From Chthoniobacteraceae bacterium (lineage in GTDB: Bacteria; Verrucomicrobiota; Verrucomicrobiia; Chthoniobacterales; Chthoniobacteraceae), in the NCBI GenBank assembly GCA_031409335.1, contig JANNWY010000094.1, positions 1-10,939 of the forward strand: a stretch of DNA of 10,939 nt, read 5' to 3'. Shown piece after piece: positions 6,401 to 10,939 of this stretch; position 1 is the first letter of the stretch; the number at the start of each line of letters is the position of its first letter. The notes beneath the pieces are model-generated. The model was not told the DNA's origin, ran no database searches, and saw only the letters and a list, made by a program, of their open reading frames with translations. The translations under genes were made by a program, and so were the position numbers.

Positions 6401-7030
6401 GTGGGACTCGGAGAATTGCCGCGCCTCGTGTGTCGGCGCGGCGTGCTGCCTGCGCTCGCGGCGGATTTCGCATCCGAATTCTGGCGCGCGCGCGAGTCGG
6501 TGGAATTTTGCGATGTCGTCAGCGGAGCCGCGCCGCAGCAGGCCACGCGCGTTTGGGCGGCGTGGGATGCGGAGGAATTGCGGGTGCTTATTCGCGCGGA
6601 GGATACGCACATTCACGCGACGCTCACCGAGCGTGACGCGCCACTTTACACGGAGGAAGTCGTCGAGCTGTTTCTCGATCCCGCGGGCGACGGCGAATGT
6701 TATTTCGAGATCGAAGTGAACCCGCTCAACGCCGTGCTGGACCTCGTGCTCCGGCGCAATCGCAGCGGCTGCAAAAAGGACTTCGCGTGGCAGTGCGAAA
6801 ACCTGCGCACATGCGTCCACCGCGAAGCCGCTGCATGGAGCGCCGAACTCGCGATCCCCTTTCGCAGCCTCACCGCCGCACCGCCAAAACCCGGCGAAAA
6901 ATGGCGTGCCAATTTCACCCGCATCGACCGCCCGCCGGATGTCGCCCGCGAACTCACCGCCTGGTCGCCGACGGGCTTCGCCAATTTTCACGTCCCGGAG
7001 CGATTCGCCGTGATCGAGTTCGCCGAATAA
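6401..7030 (+). CDS. Carbohydrate-binding family 9-like (CBM9/DOMON-like) protein
   Basis: Motifs T.V.A.WD...L.V.....D, RDAPLYTEEVVELFLDP, YFEIEVNPLN, WSAELAIPF, WRANFTRID and WSP.....FHVPERF are typical of stand-alone CBM9-like proteins. GTG start 12 nt after the FHA gene stop. No signal peptide. Confidence 0.85.
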   Translation: MGLGELPRLVCRRGVLPALAADFASEFWRARESVEFCDVVSGAAPQQATRVWAAWDAEELRVLIRAEDTHIHATLTERDAPLYTEEVVELFLDPAGDGECYFEIEVNPLNAVLDLVLRRNRSGCKKDFAWQCENLRTCVHREAAAWSAELAIPFRSLTAAPPKPGEKWRANFTRIDRPPDVARELTAWSPTGFANFHVPERFAVIEFAE

Positions 7031-7031
7031 A

Positions 7032-7153
7032 GCCGAAGGCCCTTGGACTGCGGTGATTCCTTCACCGCTTTTGCCGGGCACCGCGCCACCATACGAAGCT
7101 GCGCGTTTTCTCCAGAGCGGTGAAGGAATCACCGCAGTCCAAGAGCCTTCGGC
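7032..7153. repeat. REP/REPIN-like element: 38-bp inverted repeat whose arms are themselves palindromic; may also act as a bidirectional terminator
   Basis: 7032-7069 and 7116-7153 are reverse complements at 37/38 with a 46-nt spacer. Each arm holds the internal hairpin GCGGTGA-N5-TCACCGC, preceded by TTGGACT. The element fills the gap between two convergent genes. Confidence 0.85.
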
Positions 7154-7160
7154 GTCTTTG

Positions 7161-10157
7161 CTACTGGAGCGCCGAGCCGTCGGACGGCGGCGGGACCGTG
7201 GAGATCGCATCCGCTGGCGGATCGGCGATCGTCCAATCAAAGACTTCCACATTTCCGATCAAAGCGGACGGCGCATGGAAAGCGAAACGCGTCGCCGTAT
7301 CCAGCGAAGGAATCGCGCGGTAACGACCTGCGAGCGCAGCGTTCAGCAGCGTCTCGGTGAGCGGCGGTTGGGATTCAAAAAAGCGCAGCGGCCCTTCGAG
7401 CGGACCGAGAAAGTGCGCAGTGAATCCGCAATCGTGGAGTTCCCCCGTCGCGCGCGCATCAATGAAGATCGTGCCGCCGCGCGATGCGATTGAACCCGTG
7501 CCGTTCCGCATCAGCACATCGCCCGCGATGAATGGAACGTTTTGAAAAGTCAGCCATCCCGTCAGTTCCGGCACGGCTCCGTTTCCGCCGAGATGCAAAT
7601 CGCAAGACGCAAGCTGGCTCGGCGTCGCGAGCGGACCACCGCGGATTTCCACGTCGAGGCTCCACGCATCCCACGGCGCGGAAAGTGGTTGGAAAACGGG
7701 GGGCAATTCTGCGGGGCCTTGGGACCAGAAGTGCGTGACGTTCACCGCGGGCGCGCCTTGGTCCCAAAATCCACGACCGGCGAGTTCGTTTCCCGCCCGC
7801 CCGCCCAACGCGGTCGCCGATCCGCTGATTTTTCCCGCGCTCAACGCACCGTCGAAATGGACTTTCAGCGAAACCGTCGTCGCCGCCGCCGCGTTGAAAA
7901 GCGTCACCGCCGACTTGTCGCTCTCGATCAGCCCCTGCACTCCCGGATCGCGCACGTTCTTCAAATCCACCTTCCCCACCGCCCGAAAATCCCCCGTCGG
8001 ATGCTGCCCGACCAGTCGCGTGATCGTCATCGTCTGATCGTCGAAAGTCACTTCGCCCTCGACTTCGGTCAGCCCGTTCCCGCTCGATCCCAGTGGCAGC
8101 CACGCATTCGTCAGCGACAACTTTCCGCCTGACTTCAACGCTTTCAGCGGACCCTCCGCCGTGACTGTTCCATTCACCACGCCGGCGATCGGAAATTTCC
8201 ACCCCGTCAATTTCGACGCCGTGCCGAGTCCCAGATTGTAAGCCGTCAGCGCGACCTTGCTCAGCACGTCGTCATTCAGCAGCGAATCGAGCGACGTATT
8301 CGGCCACTTGCGCCACACGTCGAACGGCAGCAGCGCATCACCTTCCAGCCAGAGCTCCTGTTTGTGCATCAGCCGGATGCCTTGCAGCGCGAGCGCCATG
8401 TTCCCCACCGTCACGTTTGCGGTGAACGACGACTCATCATCCGAGAGCGCGAACTTGCTGAACGCCATGCCGCCCGCGGCGTAGCTGCCCTCGAGATCGG
8501 CATTGATCGGATGCAACTGCGCCGCGCGCGCGCCGGACGAGCGCAGCTTGCGCAGACGCGCGACGAACTTCCCGCTGTGGCCTTTCGCCGAGCCCTCACC
8601 GTCCCAGTCGATCAATGCCCCGCCGGCGATCGGCTCCGGCACGATCGGCTTTTGTAAAATCGCCGCGTAATCATCCAGGTCCGCCACCGACGCCCGCAGC
8701 GTTCCCCAATACTGAGTCGGCCCGAGGATGTTCACCACGCCACTGCCGCGCACGTAATCGTCGCCGTTGAAAATATTGAAGTGCGCGACTTGCAGCTCGT
8801 TCCCGTCGATCCGCAGCGTCGCATTCAATTGCTCGATCGGCGCATCCCGCCAGCGCAGCCGGTTTCCCTCGATCACCAAATGCCCGTGAAATTTTTCACC
8901 CTGCCCGCGCACCGCGCCCTCGATCGTCCCTCGCCCCGCCGCGTAGCGAAACTCCGGCAGCAGCAGCGCCGACAGCTCGGTCATGTTCTCGATTTTCGCG
9001 GAAACATTCGCGTTGAAATCGCCCCGCCACCACTCGCGCGCCGACTCCGGCAACGCCATCTCGCCATCCAGCGTCAGCGCGTTGTGCCCCTGATGCAGCA
9101 CGCACTCATGCACCTGAAGGCGCCGGTCGATCAGCGTCACACCGAGCACCAGCGAGTCCCACTGGCGCGATTCCCATTGGAAATTGGTCGCGTCCAAATG
9201 CAGCCACGTCGTCGAGCGCTGCACATCGTGCGGCGATCCGCTGAACGAAAAACTGCCCTCCTTGATCGTCCCGCCCGCCGCCTCCGAGAGCGACAGGAAT
9301 GACGCGAGCCGTCCGACATCGATCCGCGAAAAATTTCCCATCACCGCAAATCGTCGCGGCTTCACATCCGTCTGCATCCCCGCGTCCGCGCGGATCTCCC
9401 CGCCAAACGCATCGACCTGGATCACCTGATCCAATTCGCCCCGCGCCAGCTTCGCCAGATTCGTCGTAAACGAAGTGACTTCCACGCCTGGCTCCAAAAG
9501 CAACCGCGCGATCACGAGCTTCCCATCCTGCAGCGCTGTCGTGCCGCGCACGTTTGGAAAAGTCCGTTTCAGCCACGCCTGCTGCACCACGAGACGTTCC
9601 ATTTTGATGATCCCCTTCTCCATCTCGTTCACAAAAATGTGCGCTTGTTCGAGCCGCACAAATTCTCCGCCCGACGCGACCACGAAATCCACCTCCCACG
9701 CCTCCACCGCCGCGGGAGGTCGCAGCCACTTTCCGCGCAACCAGCCCAAGTCCAGCGACTGCCACCTGCGCTGCTTTTCCCCATCCCGGCTGCCACGCCG
9801 CAGCTCGATTTTTCCCGACACACCGTGCAGCGTCAGTCTCTGGAAAAATCGCCCAGGCGTGCGCTTCCACAGCGCCGTCCAATCCAGCGCCGCCGTCGCC
9901 CGCTTCACATCCGCCCGCAAAATGGCGCCCGTCCCATTCTCAAACTCCCACACGGAATCCAGCAGCGCGACCGTCTCAAACAGCGAACCCTCGACGCTTC
10001 GCACACTCGCGCGCCCGCCATGCCGCCACGCCTCAAACTCCACCCCATGCCGCACCACGAATTGAAACACCCGCGGCTCCCCGAGCGAAACCAGCGCGAG
10101 CAACAACAGCAGCAACGTCAGCCGCAGCTTCGCAAAACGCGGCTTCCGCCCCGCCAT
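7161..10157 (-). CDS. Large AsmA-like/TamB-like beta-rich envelope protein with N-terminal membrane anchor
   Basis: About 998 aa from ATG 10157. A basic N-terminus (MAGRKPRFAKLR) precedes the TM segment LTLLLLLLALVSLG. The rest is continuous amphipathic beta strands with Gly turns (e.g. IAGVVNGTVTAEGPLKALKSGGKLSLTNA, DLHLGGNGAVPELTGWLTF), typical of the AsmA/TamB clan. The family is assigned by pattern only. The ORF track start at 10208 is an alternative. Confidence 0.7.
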   Translation of the reverse strand: MAGRKPRFAKLRLTLLLLLLALVSLGEPRVFQFVVRHGVEFEAWRHGGRASVRSVEGSLFETVALLDSVWEFENGTGAILRADVKRATAALDWTALWKRTPGRFFQRLTLHGVSGKIELRRGSRDGEKQRRWQSLDLGWLRGKWLRPPAAVEAWEVDFVVASGGEFVRLEQAHIFVNEMEKGIIKMERLVVQQAWLKRTFPNVRGTTALQDGKLVIARLLLEPGVEVTSFTTNLAKLARGELDQVIQVDAFGGEIRADAGMQTDVKPRRFAVMGNFSRIDVGRLASFLSLSEAAGGTIKEGSFSFSGSPHDVQRSTTWLHLDATNFQWESRQWDSLVLGVTLIDRRLQVHECVLHQGHNALTLDGEMALPESAREWWRGDFNANVSAKIENMTELSALLLPEFRYAAGRGTIEGAVRGQGEKFHGHLVIEGNRLRWRDAPIEQLNATLRIDGNELQVAHFNIFNGDDYVRGSGVVNILGPTQYWGTLRASVADLDDYAAILQKPIVPEPIAGGALIDWDGEGSAKGHSGKFVARLRKLRSSGARAAQLHPINADLEGSYAAGGMAFSKFALSDDESSFTANVTVGNMALALQGIRLMHKQELWLEGDALLPFDVWRKWPNTSLDSLLNDDVLSKVALTAYNLGLGTASKLTGWKFPIAGVVNGTVTAEGPLKALKSGGKLSLTNAWLPLGSSGNGLTEVEGEVTFDDQTMTITRLVGQHPTGDFRAVGKVDLKNVRDPGVQGLIESDKSAVTLFNAAAATTVSLKVHFDGALSAGKISGSATALGGRAGNELAGRGFWDQGAPAVNVTHFWSQGPAELPPVFQPLSAPWDAWSLDVEIRGGPLATPSQLASCDLHLGGNGAVPELTGWLTFQNVPFIAGDVLMRNGTGSIASRGGTIFIDARATGELHDCGFTAHFLGPLEGPLRFFESQPPLTETLLNAALAGRYRAIPSLDTATRFAFHAPSALIGNVEVFDWTIADPPADAISTVPPPSDGSALQ

Positions 10158-10166
10158 CGGAGCGGG

Positions 10167-10195
10167 ATCGAAAGTGGTATTGGCCAAAGTGTCAA
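10167..10195 (-). promoter_or_regulatory. Possible promoter for the AsmA/TamB-like gene
   Basis: Perfect TTGACA on the - strand (10190-10195), a 17-bp spacer, and a weak -10 TTCGAT ending 9 nt before ATG 10157. Confidence 0.3.
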
Positions 10196-10331
10196 CGCGA
10201 ATGCTCAAGGGCGGACAAAGACGTTACCCACCCTCCACGAAAAGGAAAGAAGGCAGAGGGAAAGGCGGCACCGTTAAACAACGCACGCTTGCTTCCTGCG
10301 CTGTCGTCCGATCAAGCCCTGAATTTTCACC

Positions 10332-10802
10332 TCACCGGCGCGGCAACGGTGGCCACGGATTGACTATTTCATTGAACGATTTGTTTGCCTTCTTCGCAGC
10401 CGCCGTCCTGCGCACGTCCAATGAAAAGATGAGAGACAAGTCGGACAGGTCAGGTGGCTGTTGAGGAAAAGAGCCCTGCTGACCGTCGATAACAAAGACA
10501 ACGCCTCCGCTTTGGCCCAATCTCATAGTCGTCAAACGGCCTGAAAGTGTCCGGGGCCGGGCGAGGTGAGCTCGGCCAATGGCGTAGTTGCTCGTCAGAT
10601 GCAAAGCCGTCTCCGATGGTGGCACCTGTGCGGTTACGTTCGCTCGGAGGACGAGAAAGCTCTTGCCGGCCGGATCAGGAGTCGTTGGCGACAAAAAACG
10701 CTCCGAGATTTCATACGACGAGAAACGAGATGCCCAATTTGTGCGCCAACCCGCCCCGGGAGCGAGCAGAGCAATGGAATTGGGAACTCCCTGCTCCAGC
10801 AC
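10332..10802 (-). pseudogene. Probable 3' remnant of an unknown, lower-GC gene interrupted by the IS630 element
   Basis: The 156-codon open frame runs right up to the IS junction (...CTA GTG CTG GAG CAG). It has no room for a native RBS or promoter. Two sampled 60-mers are about 47-53% GC versus about 70% in a sampled core-gene 60-mer. No recognisable domain. Confidence 0.4.
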
Positions 10803-10804
10803 TA

Positions 10805-10939
10805 GTGCTTTGTCAGCAGTGAGATGATGGGTAGAGCTTGATGAGTTTCACGCGGGCGTCTGCGGTGGTGAAGTGCCAGCGGATGCCCGTGGCGGCTTGA
10901 TTACGGTCGCACTGCCAGGCGCGCAATTGCTGCGCGAGC
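10805..10939 (-). mobile_element. IS630-family element, right end (3' part of transposase plus IRR), truncated by the window edge
   Basis: IRR GTGCTTTGTCA (10805-10815) next to TA (10803-10804) matches the left-end IR. The transposase stop codon lies within the IR. Confidence 0.85.
10813..10938 (-). CDS. IS630-family transposase C-terminus (partial)
   Basis: Manual translation gives LAQQLRAWQCDRNQAATGIRWHFTTADARVKLIKLYPSSHC*. This is the characteristic IS630 tail 'AW...RN.....I.W.FTT.DAR.KL..LYP'. Not in the ORF track. Confidence 0.9.
   Translation of the reverse strand, partial: LAQQLRAWQCDRNQAATGIRWHFTTADARVKLIKLYPSSHC

Noticed and set aside
7032..7153. CRISPR array
   Set aside because: Only two copies, inverted rather than direct, and no cas genes.
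5063..7252. 729-aa - strand ORF
   Set aside because: Lies antisense to three recognisable genes (carA, FHA, CBM9-like) and crosses the REP element, with no protein-like features.
10158..10208. TTG start for the AsmA/TamB-like gene
   Set aside because: ATG 10157 gives a canonical basic-then-hydrophobic N-terminus, and a TTGACA box lies within the extension.
10240..10266. Purine-rich degenerate repeat (AAAGGAAAGAAGGCAGAGGGAAAGG)
   Set aside because: Too degenerate to define a repeat unit or a function.
7053..10277. Many short + strand ORFs overlapping the AsmA/TamB-like gene
   Set aside because: Antisense or out-of-frame shadows with low-complexity R/P/S composition.

Overview
GC-rich bacterial DNA whose protein families suggest Verrucomicrobiota/PVC (inferred, not demonstrated). 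Both edges carry IS630-family ends in direct orientation, which the ORF track missed: the left IR and transposase N-terminus at 1-188, and the transposase C-terminus and right IR at 10805-10939. Each end abuts a CTAG junction. Between them lie, in order: (-) a 900-aa secreted Big_9/cadherin-like protein with three domains apparently inserted inside its Ig repeats; (-) a 407-aa membrane-anchored WxxxDPxxAxxW helical-repeat protein; a divergent intergenic region holding a ~175-nt rod-shaped candidate ncRNA (6S-like, or a carA leader); (+) carA, an FHA/TM gene and a CBM9-like gene; a REPIN-like 38-bp inverted repeat; (-) a ~1000-aa AsmA/TamB-like protein; and (-) a lower-GC ORF remnant cut by the right IS. 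No clear defence or CRISPR system is present. The best leads are the structured RNA, the nested-domain surface protein, and IS630 use of rare CTAG sites, including a stop codon.
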